DNA from: Promethearchaeota archaeon
GTDB lineage: Archaea > Asgardarchaeota > Lokiarchaeia > Sigyniarchaeales > Promethearchaeaceae
Length of the DNA stretch: 32,000 nucleotides
NCBI GenBank assembly: GCA_016933055.1
Contig: JAFGBS010000001.1
Location: 90,001-122,000 of the forward strand
Direction of reading: 5' to 3'
Of the stretch, positions 6,122-15,275 are shown piece after piece; the stretch's first letter is position 1, and the number at the start of each line of letters is the position of its first letter. The notes under the pieces were generated by a model. It ran no database searches. It was not told the DNA's origin and was given only the letters and a program-made list of their open reading frames with translations. Both the position numbers and the translations under genes were made by a program.

Positions 6122-7312
6122 GTGCAAAAAAGAATTCTAAAAATCATAATATATGTGGTCATAATTGGACTTAGTCTTCTGATTGGAGTGATATTAGGCT
6201 ATACTCCCTCCAATTCTCTGAATGGATTCTTTTCATTTTTATTCATTGGTATCTGGTTGTCATACACTATTACCGTCTTGTTTCGAATTAAAAAAATGAG
6301 AGAATACCATTCTTCGTTAAATAATGCTCTATTAATATTCGGTGATTTATTCATTTCGGCATTTTACGGAATATGGGGTGATTTTACCCCTATTCTTATT
6401 CAAAGAATATTTCCCACTACATCTATGAAAATTAATCTCTGGACTGCGACTTTCTCTTTGCCATACCTAATATTTGGGACCTTCCTTCTACTTTTCTCTA
6501 TTACTAAATATTTTGCAGTATATCTCGGTAATAAAGCAATCAATGCTCGAAAATTTACAATATTTACGGGAATTGTGTTTCTGGGACTAGATTTAAGCTA
6601 TATATTATTGCGGCAAGGAATATACACCTTAGATTTTTTGGATCTCTCTCACCTATATGGAACTTTCAACGTGTATATCACCGTACATATGGGGATTATC
6701 GTGTTTTTTGGAATAGTGGGGATTATAACTCGAAATCGTTCGATGACTTCATATAATTTAGATCAACTCACCTCTCGTATGAATGATATCGATCGTCGTA
6801 TCAATGATGCCGAAATTGCCTCTGCAGCAGCACAAAGGAGTGAACAAAGGGCCCGGGATGCTGAAAAAGAGCGGCAAAGGCGTATAGCTCGCGCTGAACA
6901 ACGAAAAAAGGATAAATCTCTGAAACAACAACGTTCTTCCCCTAAAGTTTTACGTCCCACTTCCACAGCTCAATCTTCACGAAAGACTTCTGCATCTAAA
7001 TCTCGGGGATCCTCGTTAAGTGCTAAACAATTGATGGAAATGAAGCCTAAAACGGGTACTTTGAGTAAGGAGGACTTTATGTGCATCTTTTGCTTTGAAC
7101 TGCCAACTACTTCTGATAAGGGACGTGGTATTGTATTATGCCCCCACTGTCGTTATCCGGCTCATTATGACGAGTTTATGAAGTGGGTACGAAATTCAAA
7201 TTTGTGTTCCCGCTGTGATGGAGTGATACCTGCTAGCTTTATTCGCAACCCTACAATCATCCCAGTCAAAACCTATCTAAAAGTTTATAAACATTTTAAA
7301 AAGTACTTTTAA
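6122..7312 (+). CDS. Multi-pass membrane protein with C-terminal RING-like zinc finger; putative membrane-anchored E3 ligase
   Basis: GTG start. About six hydrophobic segments in residues 7-202, then a charged helical linker, an S/K/R-rich spacer, and C321-x2-C324...C340-x2-C343-x4-H348-x2-E351-x3-W355...C362-x2-C365. Confidence 0.8.
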   Translation: MQKRILKIIIYVVIIGLSLLIGVILGYTPSNSLNGFFSFLFIGIWLSYTITVLFRIKKMREYHSSLNNALLIFGDLFISAFYGIWGDFTPILIQRIFPTTSMKINLWTATFSLPYLIFGTFLLLFSITKYFAVYLGNKAINARKFTIFTGIVFLGLDLSYILLRQGIYTLDFLDLSHLYGTFNVYITVHMGIIVFFGIVGIITRNRSMTSYNLDQLTSRMNDIDRRINDAEIASAAAQRSEQRARDAEKERQRRIARAEQRKKDKSLKQQRSSPKVLRPTSTAQSSRKTSASKSRGSSLSAKQLMEMKPKTGTLSKEDFMCIFCFELPTTSDKGRGIVLCPHCRYPAHYDEFMKWVRNSNLCSRCDGVIPASFIRNPTIIPVKTYLKVYKHFKKYF

Positions 7313-7399
7313 GGTGTTTTACAAAGGTTCTAAATCTCTTGTCGATCTCATCCATTAATATCCTTTACAAATTCTATAAATAGGAAAAAAAATAAAAAA

Positions 7400-8824
7400 T
7401 TAAAGATTTAATCTGGATAACTCTTTTTTTATGTCTTCAACTTTTTCTTTTGTTAAATTATACATACAAATCATCAAGATTGTCCCTAACAGATAAAATA
7501 GGGCAGGAACTAAAGACATGTGTATTCTAACACCCCATTGTACAATTAGAGTCGCAGGGAGTTCTGGATCGTAACCCGTTATGTTGTGTATCACACCAAT
7601 GGCAACTGCTTGAATCACAATTGCAAATCGGCCAAAGAATGTGCGTATCCCAACAAAAATTCCCTCATTTCGCTTTCCCGTTTTTACTGCTATCTCGTCC
7701 AGCACATCTGATAAACCTGGATACATTAATGTCCACATAGCTGAGATACTAATCCCAAGAAAGAAAGTTATGATTATACCAGAAATTAAATTGTCTGCAA
7801 AAAAGAAGAACTCGAATAACCATACAGTTGATGCCAATCCTCCCAAAATAAATGCCTTTCGATTTCCTAATTTTCTCGCAACCCACGTCCATATGGGTAC
7901 TGATAATATTACTCCTATCAACAAGGCTGCGGACACATAAGTTTCAATTTCTGCATTCGTGGAATCAAGTATATCCTCAATCCAGAACGGAAGAGATCCC
8001 AACATAAGACTCGTCATAACCATGTGGCCTAGAAAGAAGATTATATAACTCATAAAATTCTTTTGTTTCAGAGAAAACAGTAGCGAATTCCAATAACTCT
8101 CTTTCTTTCCTTCCTTTTTCAGTACTTGTTCTTCTTGAATTAATTCCCATTGTCTCTGTTTAGTCGCTTCATCTTCCCGCATTCCTGGAATAATCAATAA
8201 TGCAATACCTACTGCAACTGCGGCAACAAAAATTCCTTGTAGAATGAAACCAAAGACATTTTCATAATCTCCAACAATCATTGGAGGAACTAAGATACCT
8301 AATACAGTACCAATGATCCCCCATATGGTGGTAGATGCTCCAACTCTTGTTCTTTCTTCTTGAGTTCGAAATTTTACCGGGAATAGGGCTAGCCAGTTCA
8401 ACTGCCATAAGGAGAAAAGCATATCAAATAGGCAAATAGTCCCAAGTAGCCAGAAGAACATGCCCAAAGCATTAAGAGGAGGTACCGTAAAAATGATCAG
8501 ATAAGACAATGCAAATGGGATGGACGCGCCTATATACCATGGAAATCTACGTCCCAATCGTCGAATCCATTTGTATGGTCTATCTGAAAGCCATCCTGCA
8601 AATGGATCATTCAACATATTGAATATGCCATAAATTATTATCGCAATTGCCACATATGCCCCCGGTATATTTAACACATTTTCATAGAAATGATACACAC
8701 GGATACTGAATGCGGATGTCGTAAAATTATCCAAAAATCCTCCTAATCCATACGAGTTATGCATCAAGAACCGTTTCCAATTCGTTTTTCGTTTTTCTTC
8801 ACGTGTTTGAGTTCGTATTTCCAA
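7400..8824 (-). CDS. MFS transporter, GPH/MelB-like cation:sugar symporter family
   Basis: NMLNDPFAGWLSDR motif, EERTRV, DVLDEIAVKTGKRNEGIF and ~12 hydrophobic segments. The tracked start is TTG; the true start is uncertain. Confidence 0.9.
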   Translation of the reverse strand: MEIRTQTREEKRKTNWKRFLMHNSYGLGGFLDNFTTSAFSIRVYHFYENVLNIPGAYVAIAIIIYGIFNMLNDPFAGWLSDRPYKWIRRLGRRFPWYIGASIPFALSYLIIFTVPPLNALGMFFWLLGTICLFDMLFSLWQLNWLALFPVKFRTQEERTRVGASTTIWGIIGTVLGILVPPMIVGDYENVFGFILQGIFVAAVAVGIALLIIPGMREDEATKQRQWELIQEEQVLKKEGKKESYWNSLLFSLKQKNFMSYIIFFLGHMVMTSLMLGSLPFWIEDILDSTNAEIETYVSAALLIGVILSVPIWTWVARKLGNRKAFILGGLASTVWLFEFFFFADNLISGIIITFFLGISISAMWTLMYPGLSDVLDEIAVKTGKRNEGIFVGIRTFFGRFAIVIQAVAIGVIHNITGYDPELPATLIVQWGVRIHMSLVPALFYLLGTILMICMYNLTKEKVEDIKKELSRLNL

Positions 8825-8843
8825 AATATTTTTCCTCCAAATT

Positions 8844-10268
8844 TTAATTTACATGAAAAGGAACCTTTGCACCCGGTTCCAAAGGTGATATATAGGGATC
8901 TTTCTCTAGTTTGGCGTGTAATTCACCTTGTGCTTTCGAAATTAATTCGGGATTTTTTATGAATTCCACACTTGCTTCAGCAAGAATCCTGGCGGCATTA
9001 ATCATCCCTTTATAAGCAATAGAACTTTTATTTTGAGCTACTCGCTGCCAGCTATGACCTGGTGTACTTATGGAGTAGCATGCTTCCTTAAATTCTCCCG
9101 TAGGGACAACCCAACATACATCAGCGACATCAGTGCTTCCCGGAATTGTAATATCCCGCCCAAATATCGGCAAATTTACATCACACAAAACTTTACCTTC
9201 AAAGACTTGTGCGAGCGGTAGAAATTCCGCAGGAATAATAGACCTGATCGCATCAATGAATTTCACAGGAATGGTTTGTTCAAATTTTTGCGCTAGTTCT
9301 TCATCTTCGGTATCGAATTTTGGTGCTCCTATTTTTTCCATTGTCTTTTGAAGAACTTCTTCTACAACGGAATTCGAAAGATAGTTAGAGCATCCTCCTA
9401 CTTGTTCAATATTCACCGATGTTTCGGTCATTACTGCCGCTCCGTTTGCGACTTTCTTCAGTCGCTCAAATATTTCATTTACTTGCCGGATATTCGGAGC
9501 TCGAATGTAATAATAGGACTCTGCATATTCCGGTACGATATTGGGAGCATCCCCCCCTTTTGTGATAATATAATGCATTTTTCCCTGTGTTGTAATATGT
9601 TCACGCAGGTAATTTGCCCCCACATTCATTAATTCAACTGCATCTAACGCGCTTCTTCCACGATGGGGGTCACTTGCAGCATGTGCACTAGTACCATGGA
9701 ATTTAAAGAGTACTTTTATAACGGCTTCGGAATTCTGTACATTTACCATATTAATGGCTTCGGGATGCCAAGTCAAGGCAATATCTACATCCTGAAACGC
9801 TCCATCCCGTACCATGTAAACTTTCGCACTCCCCCCTTCCTCGGCGGGACAACCATAATATCTGATTGTCGCTTGGATCTCTTTCGCATCAATTGCTTGT
9901 TTTAATGCAAGACATGCCATCATAGGTGCTACACCCAATAAATTGTGTCCGCACCCATGACCTGGACCGCCTTCTTCAATCGGGTCCTTGTAAGGAACGG
10001 GCTTTTGGGACATCCCTGGTAAGGCATCGTATTCCCCCAACAATGCAATGACAGGTTTTTCTGATCCATATTCTGCAATAAAAGCAGTAGGAATATCAGC
10101 CACATTCTCGATCAATCTAAATCCATGTTCATTAAGAATGGATTTTAACAATGCGGCGGATTTATATTCTTTCCATTTTAGTTCTGCATATTCCCAAATC
10201 TTATCACTTGTATCGATCGCGAGTTGGGAATGCTCATCAATCCAGTTTTGCATATCCATACAAATCAT
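8844..10268 (-). CDS. abgB: M20-family amidohydrolase, p-aminobenzoyl-glutamate hydrolase subunit B-like
   Basis: LGEYDALPG, GHGCGHNLLG, YYGCPAEEG, WHP, GSTDVADVCWVVPT and PGHSWQ. The family is recognised; the substrate is not established. Confidence 0.85.
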   Translation of the reverse strand: MICMDMQNWIDEHSQLAIDTSDKIWEYAELKWKEYKSAALLKSILNEHGFRLIENVADIPTAFIAEYGSEKPVIALLGEYDALPGMSQKPVPYKDPIEEGGPGHGCGHNLLGVAPMMACLALKQAIDAKEIQATIRYYGCPAEEGGSAKVYMVRDGAFQDVDIALTWHPEAINMVNVQNSEAVIKVLFKFHGTSAHAASDPHRGRSALDAVELMNVGANYLREHITTQGKMHYIITKGGDAPNIVPEYAESYYYIRAPNIRQVNEIFERLKKVANGAAVMTETSVNIEQVGGCSNYLSNSVVEEVLQKTMEKIGAPKFDTEDEELAQKFEQTIPVKFIDAIRSIIPAEFLPLAQVFEGKVLCDVNLPIFGRDITIPGSTDVADVCWVVPTGEFKEACYSISTPGHSWQRVAQNKSSIAYKGMINAARILAEASVEFIKNPELISKAQGELHAKLEKDPYISPLEPGAKVPFHVN

Positions 10269-10367
10269 CTGTAAAAACTATATAGGTGACTATACTTTTT
10301 CCTAAAACTATATAATAGTTCGTGTTGAATACAAAGAATAATTTAGAAATTTAGAGACTGAAGAAGT

Positions 10368-12662
10368 ATGACTGAGCAATCGGGGATCATAAAGGTCCGG
10401 ACTACTTGCCCTATGCATTGCGGAATTGAGGCTTGTGGATGGCTTGTTTCTGTGAATAAGAAAACAGGACGAGCAATAAAAATAGAACCGGGAGAATTTA
10501 TGGATCCATCCGAACGGAGAATTTGTCTACGTGGACTTTCTCAATTAGATTATACGTACCATCCCGATCGGATAAAAACTCCCTTAAAAAGGGTGGGTAG
10601 GCGTGGTGAGGGAAAATTTGAATCTATTTCTTGGGAAGAGGCGCTTGATATAATTGAAAAGAATTTTAAGGAGATAGCTGAAAAATATGGCTGGAGGGCA
10701 TTGGGATGGGTACTCGGAGGAGTAGGGGCGGGTTCCACGAAGTTTGGAGTATATTTACGCTTAGCGAGTTTAACCAAATCTACTCGAGTCTCTGCTTGGG
10801 GCTATGGTGATAGTGGTCTTCCGTGTGGGTCGAGAATCATTTTTGGATCCCAAATTCCATACGGTCAATTAATGCACCGTTTGATTGATCCTCCCGATCC
10901 TGATCTGATTGTAGTTTGGGGATGCAATCCGGGTGAAGCAGCTCCCTTGCGATGGTTTCGACCCATTATGGACATAAAAGAGCGTAGTGGCACAAAGATG
11001 GTAACCATTGATCCGAGATTCACGGTCACTGCCAGTAAGAGTGATGCCTATCTTGGACTGCGTCCGGGAACTGACACTGCTCTCGCTTTAAGCCTGCTTA
11101 ATATCATTTTCAAGAATGGATATCAGAAGAACGACTATATACGAAAATATACAAATGGTCCTTATCTGGTTCGACTTGATACGAAAAAGTTCTTACGAGG
11201 AAAGGATATCAGTGATAGTAAATCCAAGGCTGATCGATATGTGATAATTGACCATGAAAAAAATGAGCCGAAAATCCTCAGAGGAAGTACCAAGAGTGCA
11301 GCATTGACAGGAATCTATACTGTGAATGGAATTGAATGCAAAACAGCACTTCAATTACTCATGGACTTAGCGGACGAACTTCCCCCTGAGAAAGGCTCTG
11401 AAATTACTGGAGTCTCTGCGGAATTAATAACTAAACTTGCGCATGCGATAGGAAAGGCTAAAACTACAACATTTTGCATTAATATGGGATTTACTAGAAC
11501 CTATCATGGTCATACTAGCCTCAGAGCAATGGGAACCATTGCAGCAATAACAGGTAATGTGCGAGCGGAGGTAGGAAAAGGAAGAAACTTCCCGGTTCTC
11601 AATTGGGATCCCTTCCTAAAAGCTAAACCGGATGAGAGATCCTACCATCGACTCGGAATTTTGAATATGTATGATGCAATTGAAAAGGGAGACCCTTTTC
11701 CCATCAAAGCTGTATGGTTCGCCTTGACAAACTTTGTAAATCAATGTGCGAATAGTGGAAAAATTGTAAATACGCTCTTCAATAATCTCGATTTTATTGT
11801 GACGGTAGACACTTTTCTTACAGACACCTGTAAATGGTCAGATCTCGTTTTACCTACTACTAGTATATTAGAATTCAGCGATTTCATACCGCATCCCTAC
11901 CCTTATGTATGTATCCAACAGAAGGTTATTGAACCCTTATATGAATCGAAATCTGATGTGAATATTGCATCTGCAGTGGCTGAACGTTTGGGATTCGGTG
12001 AATATTTCCAAGGTGGGGAGGACGGAATGATTGATTTACTCCTCGATACTGATCATTTGAGTATGGATGGCATTACCCGAGAAAGTATAATCGCAAATGG
12101 ATGCTTCCAACTTCTCAATCCCATACCGGAGTCAATGGAAACAATGCCGTTTCCTATGCGTACTCCAAGTAAGAAAATCGAGATTTACAGCGATTTTGAT
12201 TACCTAATTGAAGCAGGAGAGGAGCTTCCCTATTATAAAGCAGCGCTTGATTCTCCTATTAAAAATATCGCAGAAGGTTTTCCGCTAACCTTTATTCAAG
12301 GACACACACGATTTAGAACTCATTCGATGTTTGGAAATGTTGATTCTCTTCTAAAGATGAATCCCGAACCCTTATTGGATATGCATCCGAGAGATGCTGA
12401 AGATCGCGGACTAAAAAATAATGATATGGTAGTAATGTATAATGGTTTGGGCAACGCAATATTGAAATTACGAGTAAATGAGGGAATTGTCCCGGGTACC
12501 GTTAATCTCTCCGAAGGTTGGTGGTTAAAGGATTTTAAGGATGGTGGGGTTAATTTCGTTACCCATGATATCGTGAATCCTGTTCAGGATAAAATCTACG
12601 AACCTAATATGTCGATGAACAGTGCGTTTGTTGAGGTGAAAAAATATAAGGAGGAGATCTAA
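10368..12662 (+). CDS. Molybdopterin (bis-MGD) oxidoreductase catalytic subunit, DMSO reductase family, no Tat signal
   Basis: N-terminal C14-x3-C18-x4-C23...C53 Fe-S motif, HPDRIKTPLKRVG, LRPGTDTALAL, DLVLP, HTRFRTHS and MHPRDAEDRGL. No twin-arginine leader. Confidence 0.93.
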   Translation: MTEQSGIIKVRTTCPMHCGIEACGWLVSVNKKTGRAIKIEPGEFMDPSERRICLRGLSQLDYTYHPDRIKTPLKRVGRRGEGKFESISWEEALDIIEKNFKEIAEKYGWRALGWVLGGVGAGSTKFGVYLRLASLTKSTRVSAWGYGDSGLPCGSRIIFGSQIPYGQLMHRLIDPPDPDLIVVWGCNPGEAAPLRWFRPIMDIKERSGTKMVTIDPRFTVTASKSDAYLGLRPGTDTALALSLLNIIFKNGYQKNDYIRKYTNGPYLVRLDTKKFLRGKDISDSKSKADRYVIIDHEKNEPKILRGSTKSAALTGIYTVNGIECKTALQLLMDLADELPPEKGSEITGVSAELITKLAHAIGKAKTTTFCINMGFTRTYHGHTSLRAMGTIAAITGNVRAEVGKGRNFPVLNWDPFLKAKPDERSYHRLGILNMYDAIEKGDPFPIKAVWFALTNFVNQCANSGKIVNTLFNNLDFIVTVDTFLTDTCKWSDLVLPTTSILEFSDFIPHPYPYVCIQQKVIEPLYESKSDVNIASAVAERLGFGEYFQGGEDGMIDLLLDTDHLSMDGITRESIIANGCFQLLNPIPESMETMPFPMRTPSKKIEIYSDFDYLIEAGEELPYYKAALDSPIKNIAEGFPLTFIQGHTRFRTHSMFGNVDSLLKMNPEPLLDMHPRDAEDRGLKNNDMVVMYNGLGNAILKLRVNEGIVPGTVNLSEGWWLKDFKDGGVNFVTHDIVNPVQDKIYEPNMSMNSAFVEVKKYKEEI

Positions 12663-13247
12663 ATGGGGTCACAATATGGTCTAATCTTTAATCTGGAGCG
12701 CTGTATCGGATGTGAGGCCTGCACTGTCGCATGCAAAATCGAAAATAATTTTATTACGGACACCATCCAAGTGAAAACATTGAATACAATCAATAAAGAT
12801 ACCCCCACAGGATCTTTTCTTCAAGGAAATCTACGAATGGAATTCCAACCGCATACTTGTAATCATTGTGAGGACCCTCCTTGCGTAGAAGCATGTAGCT
12901 TTAATGCTTTAATCCAACGAGATGATGGAATTGTAGTTTTGAACCAAGATAATTGTACGGGATGCCAGACATGTGTTACAGCGTGCCCCTATGGAGCGAT
13001 TCACTTTAACAAAGATAGTAATATAGCAGAGAAATGTAATTTATGTTCCCATCGAATCGATCAAGGATTGGAGCCTTTTTGCGTTATTTGTTGCGAAGGA
13101 CAGGCAATTTATTTTGGGGATTGGAATACTCCGCAAGGAAAATTTGCGGTAAAAGATAGAAAAGATGAGCTATATGTTCGCAATCCGGAATTCAACACAA
13201 AACCTAAAATAAAATACCTTCCATTGAAGAAACCTCGAGGATTATAG
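12663..13247 (+). CDS. 4Fe-4S electron-transfer subunit (DmsB/NrfC-like)
   Basis: CIGCEACTVAC, CNHCEDPPCVEAC, CTGCQTCVTAC and KCNLC...PFCVICC. It starts immediately after the upstream stop codon. Confidence 0.95.
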   Translation: MGSQYGLIFNLERCIGCEACTVACKIENNFITDTIQVKTLNTINKDTPTGSFLQGNLRMEFQPHTCNHCEDPPCVEACSFNALIQRDDGIVVLNQDNCTGCQTCVTACPYGAIHFNKDSNIAEKCNLCSHRIDQGLEPFCVICCEGQAIYFGDWNTPQGKFAVKDRKDELYVRNPEFNTKPKIKYLPLKKPRGL

Positions 13248-13341
13248 ATCCCACCTACCAAGTATTTCTTTTTTTCCAGACTATTTTTAAATCGACTCGT
13301 TATGAAAAACCTAATTAATGTGAATCCCTATCGATCTCATT

Positions 13342-14835
13342 ATGAAAAATGCTTATACCGAATTAGCAGCCCACATGAAAGATATTAAACTTCTGGGTAC
13401 CGCAATGTCGATTATAGGATGGGATATGAGAACGGTCATGCCGAGTGAGGGTGCCGCTCAACGAACTGAACAACTTGCGTTACTCTCCAAAGTAGCTCAT
13501 GATTGGATGATCTCGGATAAAACAAAAAGTCTTCTTGAATCTGTACACGAATTAGAGGATTTGAATAATGTTCAATTACGAAATCTGGAGTTATGGCAAC
13601 GAGATTTCGATTTATCGACGAAATTACCTTCAGAATTCGTAAGGAAATTCGAAAAACAAAGACGAACAACCGAAACATTGTGGATAAAAGCTCGACCGAA
13701 AAATGATTATAAGATGGTTCAACCCGAACTTCAGAAACTTTTTGAGTTACTCCAGAAAAAAGCTTCCTATCTTGATCCCTTGAAACATCCATATGATGTT
13801 TTAATCGATTTATACGAGAAAAACGCAACACAGAAAGATATTGATAGTTACTTTGGACCATTAAAAACTGGTATAATGGATGTGATGCATAAATGTTTGC
13901 AATCTTCAGTAAAGCCAAACCCGAATATACTTAAAATCCATGCAAATGTTGAATTCCAGAAAAGGTTTTCTGATCTGTTATGGAAATTAATGGGAATGTC
14001 ATCAGATCGTTCTAATTTATTTGAAGCTGCTCATCCATTCACAACAGGCTATGCAAAAGATGTAAGAATCACCACTCATTATCATGAAGATGATCCCATA
14101 AAAGCCAACATGTTTTCACTCATTCATGAAGCAGGACACGCGTTATACGAGTTAAATCTTCCTGAAGAGCATTGGTGGACTCCCGTTGGAAGTTCTATCA
14201 GTATGGGAATTCATGAATCGCAGAGTCGTTTTCCTGAAAATATTCTGTGTAAAAGTCGTGAATTCTTGACTTATATATATCCTCACCTTCAAGAGATTTT
14301 AACGGGTTATAAGGAAATTCCGCTTGAAAATTTTATTTTAGCAGTTAATATTGTAAATCCTTCCCTCATTCGGATTTATGCCGACGAAGTAACATATAGT
14401 TTACATGTTATTCTGCGATATGAAATTGAAAGGGATTTGTTTAACGATAAAACAACAATTACGGAATTGCCACATGTGTGGAACCAAAAAATGCGCGATA
14501 TACTCGGAATTGAAGTTCCGGATAACAAGGATGGGGTATTACAAGACACTCATTGGTATCAAGGCTTACATGGATATTTCCCAAGTTATGCTTTGGGCAA
14601 TATATATGATGGAAATCTGCTGTACGCGATGGAGAAAGAAGTTCCCAATTGGAAAGAAGAGATTGCGAACGGAAATCTAATGCCAGCGATGAGTTGGATG
14701 AAAGAAAATGTGCATAGACATGGTTCTATGTACGATCCGATTGATCTTATCGAAAAAGTTACAGGTGAAAAACCGAATTCGAAATATTTCGTGCAATATT
14801 TGAACGAAAAATTTAGTAAAATCTACAAATTCTAA
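13342..14835 (+). CDS. Carboxypeptidase, peptidase family M32
   Basis: HPF, HEAGH (HEXXH), HESQ, IRIYADE, QDTHW, GYFPSYALG. Confidence 0.95.
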   Translation: MKNAYTELAAHMKDIKLLGTAMSIIGWDMRTVMPSEGAAQRTEQLALLSKVAHDWMISDKTKSLLESVHELEDLNNVQLRNLELWQRDFDLSTKLPSEFVRKFEKQRRTTETLWIKARPKNDYKMVQPELQKLFELLQKKASYLDPLKHPYDVLIDLYEKNATQKDIDSYFGPLKTGIMDVMHKCLQSSVKPNPNILKIHANVEFQKRFSDLLWKLMGMSSDRSNLFEAAHPFTTGYAKDVRITTHYHEDDPIKANMFSLIHEAGHALYELNLPEEHWWTPVGSSISMGIHESQSRFPENILCKSREFLTYIYPHLQEILTGYKEIPLENFILAVNIVNPSLIRIYADEVTYSLHVILRYEIERDLFNDKTTITELPHVWNQKMRDILGIEVPDNKDGVLQDTHWYQGLHGYFPSYALGNIYDGNLLYAMEKEVPNWKEEIANGNLMPAMSWMKENVHRHGSMYDPIDLIEKVTGEKPNSKYFVQYLNEKFSKIYKF

Positions 14836-14905
14836 TCAGTACAGCAAGAATTTTTTTTTTATTCAATACGGATCAGAGTTTTTAACTGATTTTTACTTTA
14901 AAAAA

Positions 14906-15136
14906 ATGATGACGGATCAAAAATTAGATGTATCCGGAAAAGGGTGCCCTCATTGCTTAATTATGACCCGAAGGAAACTTTCTACCATGGATTCGGGTGA
15001 AACGCTTAAAGTAGAATGTGATCACCCTAAAGCAGCTCTAGAGAATATTCCTTTTGGAATGAAGCAAGATGGGCATAAACTAGAAACCAAAAAAGTGAAA
15101 CCTGGTTTTTGGGAACTCACCATTACAAAAAAATAA
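14906..15136 (+). CDS. TusA/SirA-family sulfur carrier
   Basis: LDVSGKGCP motif, GETLKVECDHPKA (cf. GEVLEVLxDDP) and a 76-aa size. The motif reads CPHC instead of CPxP. Confidence 0.85.
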   Translation: MMTDQKLDVSGKGCPHCLIMTRRKLSTMDSGETLKVECDHPKAALENIPFGMKQDGHKLETKKVKPGFWELTITKK

Positions 15137-15275
15137 CCTAATCCATATTCCATTTTTCATATTTTTTTTGTAATATTCTATTGTGTAATTTTTCGATAAT
15201 CAAGCTAGTTCCTATAGTTTTATAAGAACTAAGATAGAAAGGTAGATCTAACGCATTTTTACTGGTGTAGAAATT

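Noticed and set aside
7641-10305. Plus-strand ORFs over the MFS and abgB genes
   Set aside because: They are antisense shadows of strongly supported genes with no independent signal.
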